A stretch of 64,000 nt of DNA from Sphingobacteriaceae bacterium (GTDB lineage Bacteria; Bacteroidota; Bacteroidia; Sphingobacteriales; Sphingobacteriaceae), in the NCBI GenBank assembly GCA_029266635.1, contig JAQSWM010000012.1, forward strand, positions 22,324 to 86,323. Reading direction: 5' to 3'. How positions within the stretch are numbered: position 1 is the first letter of the stretch; each line of letters begins with the position of its first letter. A program made the position numbers and the translations under genes. Below are positions 25,589 to 34,676 of this stretch, one piece after another. The notes beneath the pieces are model-generated. The model searched no databases, was not told the origin of the DNA, and was given only the letters and a program-made list of their open reading frames with translations.

Positions 25589-28096
25589 ATGAATAACTGG
25601 TTCAAACGCAATGGCATTCACCTGGCCATTATCGGTATTTTTATAGCACTTTGTTTTGCATACTTCCTGCCTGCTCTTCAGGGTAAAGGCCTCGTTCAGT
25701 CGGATGTGTTGCAGGCACAGGCTATGCAAAAGGAGATAATGGATTTCAAAGCCAAAGATGGCGTTGCTCCGTTATGGACAAATTCTATGTTTGGTGGCAT
25801 GCCTGCTTACCAGATTTGGGCGCAATACCCCAACAACGTAGCAACCTATGTTATTTCGTTCTTCTCTACTGTATTCCCAAACCCGATCAACGTTGTCCTG
25901 CTCCTGCTTTTAGGAACATACTTTCTGTTCTGCGTTCTCAGGATGAATCCGTGGCTGGCAGCAGCGGGCGCAATTGCTTTTACATTCACTTCGTATAATT
26001 TCATTCTTATTGAAGCAGGGCACGCGAATCAGGTGCTCGCAATCGCGTTTTTCGCTCCGATTATTGCAGGAATATTGCTCACCCTCCGGAATAAGCAATA
26101 CCTTCTTGGCGCAGCAGTTACAGCACTTTTTCTGGCTGTGGAGATCCGAAGCAACCACATACAAATGACTTATTACCTGTTCATTGCCTTGCTGGTGCTG
26201 ATGATTGTGGAGTTGGTTCATGCTGTGAGGCAAAAGACCACGAAAGAGTTCTTTAAATCCTTTGGTTATTTAGCGGTAGCTGCTTTGCTTGCTGTGGCAG
26301 TTAACGCCCCAAATCTTTGGACTACTTACGAGTATGGCGAAGAATCGCAGCGTGGGAAATCCAATCTTGCAACCGACAAAGCCGAACCAAATACCGGATT
26401 GGACAGAGAATACGCTTACCAGTGGAGCCAGGGAGTTGCTGAGAATTTCACTTTTTTGGTGCCAAATGCGTACGGCGGCGCTTCTGGCCCGATCATTAGC
26501 GAGGATTCTGAAATTGCAAAAGTACTGGCAGCAAAAGGAGTTCCGGCAGATCAGATTTCTGGATTTTTGCAGCAAGGCCCGCGATTCGGCCTGAGCAGCT
26601 ACTGGGGCGAGAAACAGTTCACCTCTGGTCCTTTTTACTTCGGAGCGATTATTTTCTTCCTGTTCATTTTGGGATTGTTTATCGTGAGAGACCGGATCAA
26701 GTGGTGGGTGCTTTCAGCATTTCTGTTAACGCTATTCCTGTCTTTCGGCAGAAACCTTCCGTTCCTTTCGGATATTTTCTTCAACTACTTCCCGCTTTAT
26801 AACAAGTTCAGAACGGTAGAGTCCATTTTGGCTGTCGCCGGATTGCTGTTCCCTATCCTCGCCATCCTTGCGGTGAAGGAGATTGCCTTCCACACAGTTG
26901 AGCCGAAGAAACTCATGAAGCAGTTTTTGTACTCGCTATACATCACAGGTGGCATCCTGCTCATCCTGATCATTGCACCAACCATTTTCCTGAGCTTCAA
27001 GAACTCCAATCACCAATTAATAATTGATCAGCTTCAACAGGTAACAGGCGGCGACAGAGGTTTTGCTGAATCGATAGGCAACGCACTGGTACAGGATCGT
27101 GTTAGCCTGGCTCGTGCGGACGCTTTGCGGTCATTAGTATTTGTTCTGATTGGTGCAGCCCTGGTGTGGGCATTGATCAAACAAAAAATCAAACCTCAGC
27201 CAGCTTTTATGATCCTGGCTGCAGTTATCCTGATTGATTTGTGGATGGTAGATCGCCGTTATCTGAACAATGATACGTTTGTAGATCAGGCGCAGCTTAA
27301 ACAACAATTCCGGCCTCGTCAGGTGGATGAGCTCATTCTCCGCGATCAGAGCCTTGATTACCGTGTACTGGATTTAACCGTCCAGACATTCCAGAGCGCT
27401 ATCCCGGCTACCTATTATCATAAGACCATTGGCGGCTACCATCCTGCGAAGCTGAAACGTTATCAGGAAATTATAGACAAACAGTTCAGCGGCTCAATTA
27501 ATGAAGACGTGCTGGATATGCTGAACACGAAGTACCTGATTACATCCAGTGATAACGGCCAGTCGCAGAAGATTGAGAATCGGGCAACAGCCTGTGGAAA
27601 CGCCTGGTTTGTGCCGAAGCTCACGTATGTGAAAGACGCCAATGAGGAAATGACTGCTATCAGCAGCTTTGATCCAAAAAAGGAAGCATTTGTAGGTGTT
27701 GAGTTTAAGAGCCTGATTGATGAAAAGAAACTCGGATATGATCCTAACGGCATGATTAAACTAACCAGCTACCGACCGGATAATCTTGTCTATGAATATT
27801 CAACAAGCCGCGATATGGTTGCGGTTTTCGCCGAGGTTTGGTATGATAAGGGCTGGAATGCTTATGTGGATGGAGAGAAAATCCCGCACTTCCGTGCTAA
27901 CTACATCCTGAGAGCTGCCCAGCTTCCAGGAGGAAATCATAAACTGGAGTTCAAGTTTGAGCCTCAGTCCTATTACACTGGCGAAACAATTGCGCTTATT
28001 GCTTCTATTTTGCTAATCGCGGGTTTGGCGTTTGCGCTTTATAAAGAATTTAAGGACAGAGAGCGGGCGACTTCCGTTAAAAGTAAGACAGCGTAA
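25589..28096 (+). CDS. YfhO-family polytopic membrane protein (GT-C-like)
   Basis: 835 aa. It has many TM helices in the first ~560 aa and the last ~30 aa. The N-terminus FLPALQGKGLVQSDVLQAQAMQKEI...LWTNSMFGGMPAYQIW is typical of Bacteroidota YfhO proteins. Confidence 0.75.
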   Translation: MNNWFKRNGIHLAIIGIFIALCFAYFLPALQGKGLVQSDVLQAQAMQKEIMDFKAKDGVAPLWTNSMFGGMPAYQIWAQYPNNVATYVISFFSTVFPNPINVVLLLLLGTYFLFCVLRMNPWLAAAGAIAFTFTSYNFILIEAGHANQVLAIAFFAPIIAGILLTLRNKQYLLGAAVTALFLAVEIRSNHIQMTYYLFIALLVLMIVELVHAVRQKTTKEFFKSFGYLAVAALLAVAVNAPNLWTTYEYGEESQRGKSNLATDKAEPNTGLDREYAYQWSQGVAENFTFLVPNAYGGASGPIISEDSEIAKVLAAKGVPADQISGFLQQGPRFGLSSYWGEKQFTSGPFYFGAIIFFLFILGLFIVRDRIKWWVLSAFLLTLFLSFGRNLPFLSDIFFNYFPLYNKFRTVESILAVAGLLFPILAILAVKEIAFHTVEPKKLMKQFLYSLYITGGILLILIIAPTIFLSFKNSNHQLIIDQLQQVTGGDRGFAESIGNALVQDRVSLARADALRSLVFVLIGAALVWALIKQKIKPQPAFMILAAVILIDLWMVDRRYLNNDTFVDQAQLKQQFRPRQVDELILRDQSLDYRVLDLTVQTFQSAIPATYYHKTIGGYHPAKLKRYQEIIDKQFSGSINEDVLDMLNTKYLITSSDNGQSQKIENRATACGNAWFVPKLTYVKDANEEMTAISSFDPKKEAFVGVEFKSLIDEKKLGYDPNGMIKLTSYRPDNLVYEYSTSRDMVAVFAEVWYDKGWNAYVDGEKIPHFRANYILRAAQLPGGNHKLEFKFEPQSYYTGETIALIASILLIAGLAFALYKEFKDRERATSVKSKTA

Positions 28097-28121
28097 TCTC
28101 AAAAATGATAGGGCAAGAGTA

Positions 28122-28874
28122 CTAATCGTTGGTTCGACGGTGTTTGAGGTAGTACAAACTTAAGTTTGCAGCAATTACGAAGTGGCTTAAGATATTCGGT
28201 ATAATGCCGTATTGTTTGCTGAATATCCTGAATCTTTCTAAGAGGCTTTGGCGATGCCGGGTTTTAGACATCCCGCCAACCAGATATTTTGCCACGTATA
28301 TCTTAACGTTTACAATCTTCCTGGCCTTTCCGATTGCCTTTAAAATCCAGTCGATATCTGAACTTAACTTATACCGCTCATCAAAAGGTTCTGTTAACGA
28401 ACGCCGGATATAAATTGCCTGATGGCTAACGCTCATGCCGAAGCGAAAGCTGCTAAACGTCAGTGCGTCCGGAGCCTTGTGCCGCCGCTGACCCAGGCTT
28501 TGCAGGTTTTCATTAATCATTTCGGTCTCGCCGTAATAAATATCCGCATCGGCTGCAGAAGCAAATACTTTTGCGACTGTATCGGGTGAGTAAATCTCAT
28601 CTCCGGAATTCATGAAAAGCACATAATCGCCGGTGGCAAGCGCTAAGCCTTTGTTCATGGCGTTGTAAATTCCTGTATCTTTCTCTGACACGAACCTGGC
28701 TATACGAGCTCCGTATTTCTTTAGAATCTCACGTGTTCCGTCTGTAGAACCTCCGTCGATGATGATATATTCAACGTTCTCATACGTTTGGTTCAGCACC
28801 GACACCACTGTGCGTTCTATGTGCTTAACATCATTAAACACAACTGTGATAACGCTGAGTACAGGCCTTCCCAT
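28122..28874 (-). CDS. family 2 glycosyltransferase (soluble, GT-A fold)
   Basis: LSVITVVFNDVKHIERTVVSVLNQTYENVEYIIIDGGSTDGT plus a DxD-like block NSGDE. No C-terminal TM helices. Confidence 0.85.
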   Translation of the reverse strand: MGRPVLSVITVVFNDVKHIERTVVSVLNQTYENVEYIIIDGGSTDGTREILKKYGARIARFVSEKDTGIYNAMNKGLALATGDYVLFMNSGDEIYSPDTVAKVFASAADADIYYGETEMINENLQSLGQRRHKAPDALTFSSFRFGMSVSHQAIYIRRSLTEPFDERYKLSSDIDWILKAIGKARKIVNVKIYVAKYLVGGMSKTRHRQSLLERFRIFSKQYGIIPNILSHFVIAANLSLYYLKHRRTND

Positions 28875-30142
28875 CAGATCCTCTTTAGCAATTCTTTGTA
28901 CAGCTCAATGTGCCTGCTTGCGATTACCGGTTCAGAGAAATTCTTCATCACGCTTATCCGGGCGTTTTCTTTGAGTTCATTTCTTTGCGGATGAACATAC
29001 ATCCACTCAATACCTTCTGCCAATTCTGCTGAAGATTTATATCCCGCTAAATATCCATTTTGCTTGTGCCCAACCATGTCGGGGATGCCTCCCGTTGTAA
29101 AAGCCACCACGGGCGTCCCGCAGGAAAGGCTTTCCATAACCGTGTTCGGCAGATTGTCTTCCAGCGAAGGCGTTACAAATACATCAGCCGCACTGTAGCA
29201 TAAAGCAAGTTTTTCATCGCCGGAGATGGTACCCAGAAAAGTAGTTTTAATTGCAAACTCCGGCAGCTTTTTTGAAGTGCGATTTCCAAATACTACAAGC
29301 TCGATATTCTCCTGTGGAATTTTTTTGGCAAGAAGCTCCAGGGCCTCCAGCAAGTACGGAGTTCCTTTATGAAGATCGTTACGGGACGGCATAAAACCGC
29401 TTAGCACAATAAATTTATCGGGGGAAAGCCCAAGCTTCTCCCTTGCAGCAATTTTAGTTGTTGGCTTGAAAACGCTCGTGTCTAAAGTGTTAGGAATATT
29501 GATGATCTCACGGCTGCCCACAAGGCTGCTCCGTGTGGCCGAGGCTTTCATCCAACGGCTTGGTGCAACGACAGAAAAGTTCAGGTCAGTATAAGCTTTA
29601 CTTTTTGCCAGCCAGGTTTTATGAGACCGATCATTCGGATTTGACACCTTCAGCAGTGGGCAGTTGCCACATTCATTCTCAAAATGGTTACAGCCATAGC
29701 GCACGTGGCAGCCACCGGTAAAGGTGTTACTGTCGTGAAAAGTCCAGACGATGGGCTTTTCCAAACGGGCGAGCTTGCGCACATCCTCTGGGCGCAAAAA
29801 GCCATGGTTAACCCAGTGGATGTGAATGATGTCGGCGCTTTCTAAAGCTTTATGCTTAGCAATATTCCGCCCCCAAACCGGTACCGAGAAAGGTATTTTT
29901 AACTTTTTGGTGAACGATGACGAGATATATCGTTCCATTAAAATGCCAAGAGCTGTCTTTGCCCGCTCTATTGTTCCGGATGAAAAGCTTCTTACCAGCG
30001 GGTTTTTGGAAAACTTAAATCCCACCCACACTTCCGAGTCGATCCCTTGCTCAATCAAGGCTTTGTTGAGCCTCAGACAAGCCCGTCCTGCGCCGCCGTT
30101 TCCGTCGTACGTGTTGAGATGTATAACTTTCAAACCGGTCAA
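28874..30142 (-). CDS. family 4 (GT-B, group 1) glycosyltransferase
   Basis: 422 aa. The C-terminal region contains DVFVTPSLEDNLPNTVMESLSCGTPVVAF (an EX7E-type motif). Confidence 0.85.
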   Translation of the reverse strand: MTGLKVIHLNTYDGNGGAGRACLRLNKALIEQGIDSEVWVGFKFSKNPLVRSFSSGTIERAKTALGILMERYISSSFTKKLKIPFSVPVWGRNIAKHKALESADIIHIHWVNHGFLRPEDVRKLARLEKPIVWTFHDSNTFTGGCHVRYGCNHFENECGNCPLLKVSNPNDRSHKTWLAKSKAYTDLNFSVVAPSRWMKASATRSSLVGSREIINIPNTLDTSVFKPTTKIAAREKLGLSPDKFIVLSGFMPSRNDLHKGTPYLLEALELLAKKIPQENIELVVFGNRTSKKLPEFAIKTTFLGTISGDEKLALCYSAADVFVTPSLEDNLPNTVMESLSCGTPVVAFTTGGIPDMVGHKQNGYLAGYKSSAELAEGIEWMYVHPQRNELKENARISVMKNFSEPVIASRHIELYKELLKRI

Positions 30143-30184
30143 AAATACAATTCATTTGTTTTCTTTTTGTTTTCTTTGCGAGGC

Positions 30185-30931
30185 ATGGCAAACGAACTTA
30201 CCGACCGCCAATTCTGGAGCAATTACTGGGAATCCAAAACCGATCTGGCGTTTCCTGTCCCGGGCAATTACCTGTTCCACAAGCAACTGCAAAGGATTGT
30301 AAGCACAAGGAATGTCAAGACTGCCATTGAGCTGGGAGGTTTTCCCGGTTATTATGCTATTTATCTCAAAAAACACCTGGGGGTTGAGAGCACTCTGCTG
30401 GACTATTTTGTCCATCGGGGGATTCTGAATAATGTGCTAAGCGAAAATAAACTCACAGAACAAGATATTCAGGTGATTGAAACCGATTTGTTCAAATACA
30501 ATCCGGAGAAAAAATATGACCTGGTGCTTTCCTGCGGGTTAATTGAACACTTCTTTGATACCAAAGACATTATCAGCCGACATGTGCAATTCCTTAACCC
30601 CGGTGGAACTTTGTTTATTACGCTTCCAAATTTCAAGAGCGTAAATGGCTGGGTGCAAAAAAAGTTTGACTTTGCGAATTATGAGAAACATAATATTGAT
30701 TCGATGAATACCCAACTGCTCGCCAGTATTGCACAGGAACTCGGCTTGAAAAATATCAAGGCACGTTATTTCGGAAATTTTAGCCTCTGGCTGGAGAACA
30801 AAAAGGAAAAACCTGCGCTCACCAAAGCGTTTGTGAAGACCTTATGGTATGCCGGAAAAATCTCTACAAAGCTGGTTCCTGTTGAATCGAAAGCTTTATC
30901 GCCTTACATCATCCTGGAAGCAACGCTCTAA
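30185..30931 (+). CDS. class I SAM-dependent methyltransferase
   Basis: The start is taken at MANELTDRQFW, because the ORF-track start at 30047 overlaps the GT4 gene. Motif I-like AIELGGFPGYY and DLVLSCGLIEHF. It is the only plus-strand gene inside the cluster. Confidence 0.7.
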   Translation: MANELTDRQFWSNYWESKTDLAFPVPGNYLFHKQLQRIVSTRNVKTAIELGGFPGYYAIYLKKHLGVESTLLDYFVHRGILNNVLSENKLTEQDIQVIETDLFKYNPEKKYDLVLSCGLIEHFFDTKDIISRHVQFLNPGGTLFITLPNFKSVNGWVQKKFDFANYEKHNIDSMNTQLLASIAQELGLKNIKARYFGNFSLWLENKKEKPALTKAFVKTLWYAGKISTKLVPVESKALSPYIILEATL

Positions 30932-31824
30932 ATTTTTTGCTTTATAAACCGTTTGATTCTGTTCCAAACAGAGCCTTTTCTCTTTTTCAAGAAGTCTTTT
31001 ATGGCCAGATAGGCAATTCTGTTCTCTTCGACTTTTTCCGGGAACTGAGTGATCGGGTTGGGATTTATCACCACATTGTAAATATCGTTAATGCCCGAGT
31101 GGATGCCAGAGCCGTCGTGCCCGATGTTGTTTACCAGCGAGTAAGCCGGATTGAGCGTTAAGCCATTGGCCAGGAAGATAGAGGCATACCAGCGGATAGC
31201 CCATGAATCATTTTTACCGGATTTGTAATGGCGCATCTGCCGCCAGAAATTCATGGTTCCCTCTATGGAGAACTGTTTGATACGCTCGCTGGTGAACTGC
31301 TTCATCAGCACGTTTACATCCGGCTGAAACTGTGCCCATGCTCTGTCCCAGGTTGCCCAGCCCCAGCTTGTTGCAGCACGGTAGAAGAATGTTTCGGGAA
31401 GATCACTGCCCTGAAGCGGGTACATATAGGCACCAATATGCATAACCCTTTCCTCCGCCCGGTATCGCTTTAAAGCATCATTGAAGTACTGAAGGGTGTA
31501 AGGCGAGGTGATAAGATCATCTTCGAACACAATCACCTTTCCATATTCCTTAACAAGTTGCGAAACGCCCGAGATGATGGATTCAGCGAGGCCGATGTTG
31601 GTTTCCCGCTTTATTACTTCTACAGAACGAAAACCTTCTACATTCTGGATCAGGTTTCTCACCTCATCAACCAAGGGCTGGTCCTTAGTGGATTTTGCGC
31701 CATCGGAAAAAATGAACAAACGGGATTCATCCGCCAGCCTGTTTTGTTGCAAAAACTTGAGCGTACGGCGTGTATGTTCCGGACGGTTATAAACAAATAA
31801 GGCGATGGGTGCGAAACTTTGCAT
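30928..31824 (-). CDS. putative GT-A fold glycosyltransferase
   Basis: IALFVYNRPEHTRRTLKFL, RLFIFSDG and VIVFEDDL (DxD-like) resemble GT-A transferases. It is embedded in the glycan cluster. Confidence 0.55.
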   Translation of the reverse strand: MQSFAPIALFVYNRPEHTRRTLKFLQQNRLADESRLFIFSDGAKSTKDQPLVDEVRNLIQNVEGFRSVEVIKRETNIGLAESIISGVSQLVKEYGKVIVFEDDLITSPYTLQYFNDALKRYRAEERVMHIGAYMYPLQGSDLPETFFYRAATSWGWATWDRAWAQFQPDVNVLMKQFTSERIKQFSIEGTMNFWRQMRHYKSGKNDSWAIRWYASIFLANGLTLNPAYSLVNNIGHDGSGIHSGINDIYNVVINPNPITQFPEKVEENRIAYLAIKDFLKKRKGSVWNRIKRFIKQKI

Positions 31825-32598
31825 TTAAAATATGTGCAGGTCGGTGGCTTTTTTTGTTAGTACTGTATATGCGTTGGCAAACTCTTCCTGCTTCTTTTTT
31901 CCGCTAATGAATCCGGCAAACTTTTTTGCCTGGTATTCCAGATCAATCTTCAAAGACTTAAGCAAGTTTTTCGACTTCTTTTGGTTCACAAAAGCATTAA
32001 ACTTGCTAACTGCTGGTTCAATCATTGAAACCTTATCGTGCAAAATCTCTAGGCCTTCGCTCTGAAGCAAAAACCTAAGCGAAGACGGTGTATACATATT
32101 GATATGTCCATAATCCAGAAAGTGCTTCATCTTCTTGTCCATGCCATAACGATGGTCTCTTGGCACTTCAATCAACTGAAATTTGGATACACGTTTTATT
32201 TCTCTTAATAACATCCGTTCAAACTCTACATGCTCAAGCACGTGCGAGAGGATTACCAGATCAAATTCATCATCCTGAAACGGGATGTGATAACCATCAA
32301 AAACCTGAACAGATTTTACATGTTTGAGTTTTTTTGATTTAATAATATCTACCCCCGAGCCGGCAATTTCGAGTGCGTGCATATCGGCTGAAAAATTCCA
32401 TTCATCAAGATAATGAAGAATGCTGCCATCGCCTGCGCCAACTTCAAGCACCTTGGTAAATGTCCTGCCACGGCAGACATCAACAATGTTCTGTGCTTTG
32501 TATTTAGCGCCAAGCATACGCCAGGCTTCGTCGTGGGCTTGGTAGAAGTTGTCGTAGGCGGTTTTTACCCCGGCATCAATTATTTCCTTTTTCATCAA
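31825..32598 (-). CDS. class I SAM-dependent methyltransferase
   Basis: VLEVGAGDGSILHYL (motif I) and DLVILSHVLEHV (motif II/III region). Confidence 0.8.
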   Translation of the reverse strand: MMKKEIIDAGVKTAYDNFYQAHDEAWRMLGAKYKAQNIVDVCRGRTFTKVLEVGAGDGSILHYLDEWNFSADMHALEIAGSGVDIIKSKKLKHVKSVQVFDGYHIPFQDDEFDLVILSHVLEHVEFERMLLREIKRVSKFQLIEVPRDHRYGMDKKMKHFLDYGHINMYTPSSLRFLLQSEGLEILHDKVSMIEPAVSKFNAFVNQKKSKNLLKSLKIDLEYQAKKFAGFISGKKKQEEFANAYTVLTKKATDLHIF

Positions 32599-33239
32599 AT
32601 ACCCAGGCAGTTGTTGATTTTGTAGAATACCGATGTAGATTTCCGATAAAAGAATCCCGGCGAAATCCCGCTAAAGGAAAGGTGTTTGAACCCTTGAGCC
32701 ACCAAAAAATTAACCGCTTCAAAATATTGTTCCCGCTCGGAGTCATCCAGCACGACCACACCATCTTCGGCCAACGCTCCAAGACAGTTCTTGCAGCAAT
32801 TAACACGATCCCGCCCATCCACGATTATAATATTGAATTTTTTGCTCGCCTTCGATGGCATCCGGCAATATTCGCCGTCATAAACCAGGTTGCTGTAAAT
32901 CATTTCAGAATTAGCAGGTGCCGATGAACTGATTTTTTCTAACCAGCTTTTATCGTGCTCAACTGACACTACACTGCCTGCGTATTTAGCGTAAAATAGT
33001 GTTGAATTACCGGAACCAAATTCAAAAACGGACTGGCTTTTAGTTAGGCGATCTTTGATAAAATCTATGAAGGAATAAGTGACCCACGGAATTGGGTTGC
33101 CATCAATATCTACCGGCGCTTTGTTTTCGAATGATTTGATCCAACCGATTTCTGCCAAATAACCTTTAACGCCAAATGACAACAGTGACTTTAGCTTCCT
33201 TGTATTGAGCAGGCTTAAAGGAGAATAATATTTTTTCAC
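32595..33239 (-). CDS. methyltransferase-like protein (class I SAM-MTase fold, tentative)
   Basis: VFEFGSGNSTLFYAKYAGSVVSVEHD resembles motif I plus the acidic loop. IIIVDG...VVVLDD is also present. It overlaps both neighbours by 4 nt. Confidence 0.55.
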   Translation of the reverse strand: MKKYYSPLSLLNTRKLKSLLSFGVKGYLAEIGWIKSFENKAPVDIDGNPIPWVTYSFIDFIKDRLTKSQSVFEFGSGNSTLFYAKYAGSVVSVEHDKSWLEKISSSAPANSEMIYSNLVYDGEYCRMPSKASKKFNIIIVDGRDRVNCCKNCLGALAEDGVVVLDDSEREQYFEAVNFLVAQGFKHLSFSGISPGFFYRKSTSVFYKINNCLGI

Positions 33240-34555
33240 TTACGTGGGAATTTCTGAATCAGCGAAATTAGAAATAATGACTTGAGCATCAAGATGCCTT
33301 GTTTGCGGGTGCGCCCGATAAACAGCAGCGAAAAGGTTGCGAATATATAAGCGATCAATGTTGCTATTGATGCTCCTACACCTCCGTAAAGAGGGATAAG
33401 CCAGATGTTTAAAGCAACGTTGATCAGCGCTCCAACGCTGGTGCGGATGAAGGCGATGTAAGTGAAGCCTTCAGCAAGGAGGTACTGGCTGCTGGCACTC
33501 CCCAGAAATACGAAAATTCCAGACCAAATGTGGATGGTGAGCATGGGGCCTGCACCTTCAAACTTATGACCATAAAAAAGATGGATAATGTCGTTGGCAA
33601 AAAAGCTGACAAAAAAAGCTACAGGAAGGCTGATGCCTACAAGCAAATCGTAGAGATTTTGCAATCGCTTCTGATATCTGAATAAATCATCCCTGCGGGC
33701 CTGGATGATGGCGGGGAAAACCGAAGTAACAATTGCCACAGGAATAAAATACCACGACTCGCTTATTTTTGCGGCGGCGCTATAAATCCCTACCTCTTCG
33801 CTGCCCAGCTGCTTAAGCATAACTGCATCAATTTTCATGTAAATGGAAATCATCACGGCAGTAATAATCAAAGGCCAGGACTGGTTCAGCAGCGACTTTG
33901 CCCTCAACCAGTTAAAAGTCCAATTGGAGAAATGGAGATTTTTTTTGTGGTAAATGATGCTTAATCCTATCGCCAGAATTATGGAATCAAAAAGCAGCGC
34001 CATGGCAAAATACAACACAGGCATCTGATAATAAATCAACCCAATCTTTACTATTGACGAGATAAGCAGGCATATGTTCTGTACCTGAACCACAGGTTTA
34101 GAGTAAATCTGCGATTGAAAATATGAGTCAATGACATTAAAAGACCTGAAAAGCGAAACTGCCGAAAGCAATGCGATAATCAGCGTAAGCGATGTGCCTG
34201 GCGTGGTGGAGGCATTATGGTAAAGGGAATAGATAAGGATTGGTAGCGGGACTATCAATAAGCTAACTGCGGCTCGCATCCAAAATGCAGTTCCGAGTAT
34301 TTCATCCCGGTGCTCGGGCTCGTTCAGGATCTCTCTGACTATAAAACTGTCAAGCCCCAACGTGCTTACTGCAGCAAAAATGAAAGTGAAGGATTCTGCG
34401 AAGCTTAAATCGCCAAAACTGCCAGGACCTAAGTATCGGGCGATAATAAACCCCACCAACATACTAAAGATCTTGCCCATCATCAGCCAACCTGTATTCT
34501 TCAGGTATTTCTCAAAGGATGCTTGCCCAAATCCGGGAATAGCCGGTATTTTCAT
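33236..34555 (-). CDS. Wzx-type oligosaccharide flippase (MOP superfamily)
   Basis: 439 aa with about 12 TM helices and an N-terminus typical of polysaccharide biosynthesis protein family members. Confidence 0.8.
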   Translation of the reverse strand: MKIPAIPGFGQASFEKYLKNTGWLMMGKIFSMLVGFIIARYLGPGSFGDLSFAESFTFIFAAVSTLGLDSFIVREILNEPEHRDEILGTAFWMRAAVSLLIVPLPILIYSLYHNASTTPGTSLTLIIALLSAVSLFRSFNVIDSYFQSQIYSKPVVQVQNICLLISSIVKIGLIYYQMPVLYFAMALLFDSIILAIGLSIIYHKKNLHFSNWTFNWLRAKSLLNQSWPLIITAVMISIYMKIDAVMLKQLGSEEVGIYSAAAKISESWYFIPVAIVTSVFPAIIQARRDDLFRYQKRLQNLYDLLVGISLPVAFFVSFFANDIIHLFYGHKFEGAGPMLTIHIWSGIFVFLGSASSQYLLAEGFTYIAFIRTSVGALINVALNIWLIPLYGGVGASIATLIAYIFATFSLLFIGRTRKQGILMLKSLFLISLIQKFPRK

Positions 34556-34621
34556 GCAGCGGTGAGATGTGAAGTAAGCGATCCGAGATTATTCAAGAGC
34601 CTCTGTTGAACAACAAATGTA

Positions 34622-34654
34622 TAAAAAAGAGAAGCCCGGCTAAAGCCAGGCTTC
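34622..34654 (-). terminator. rho-independent terminator downstream of typA
   Basis: Stem GAAGCCCGG/CCAGGCTTC (34631-34639 with 34646-34654, one mismatch), followed on the minus strand by TCTTTTTTA. Confidence 0.65.
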
Positions 34655-34676
34655 CACTATCTTCTAAAAACTTGAA

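Noticed and set aside
25589-28874. YfhO plus the adjacent GT2 as a CsbB/GtrB-YfhO-type three-component extracytoplasmic glycosylation system
   Set aside because: The GT2 (250 aa) lacks the C-terminal TM helices of GtrB/CsbB-type polyprenyl-phosphate glycosyltransferases and resembles ordinary soluble GT-A enzymes. The two genes are also convergent rather than co-transcribed.
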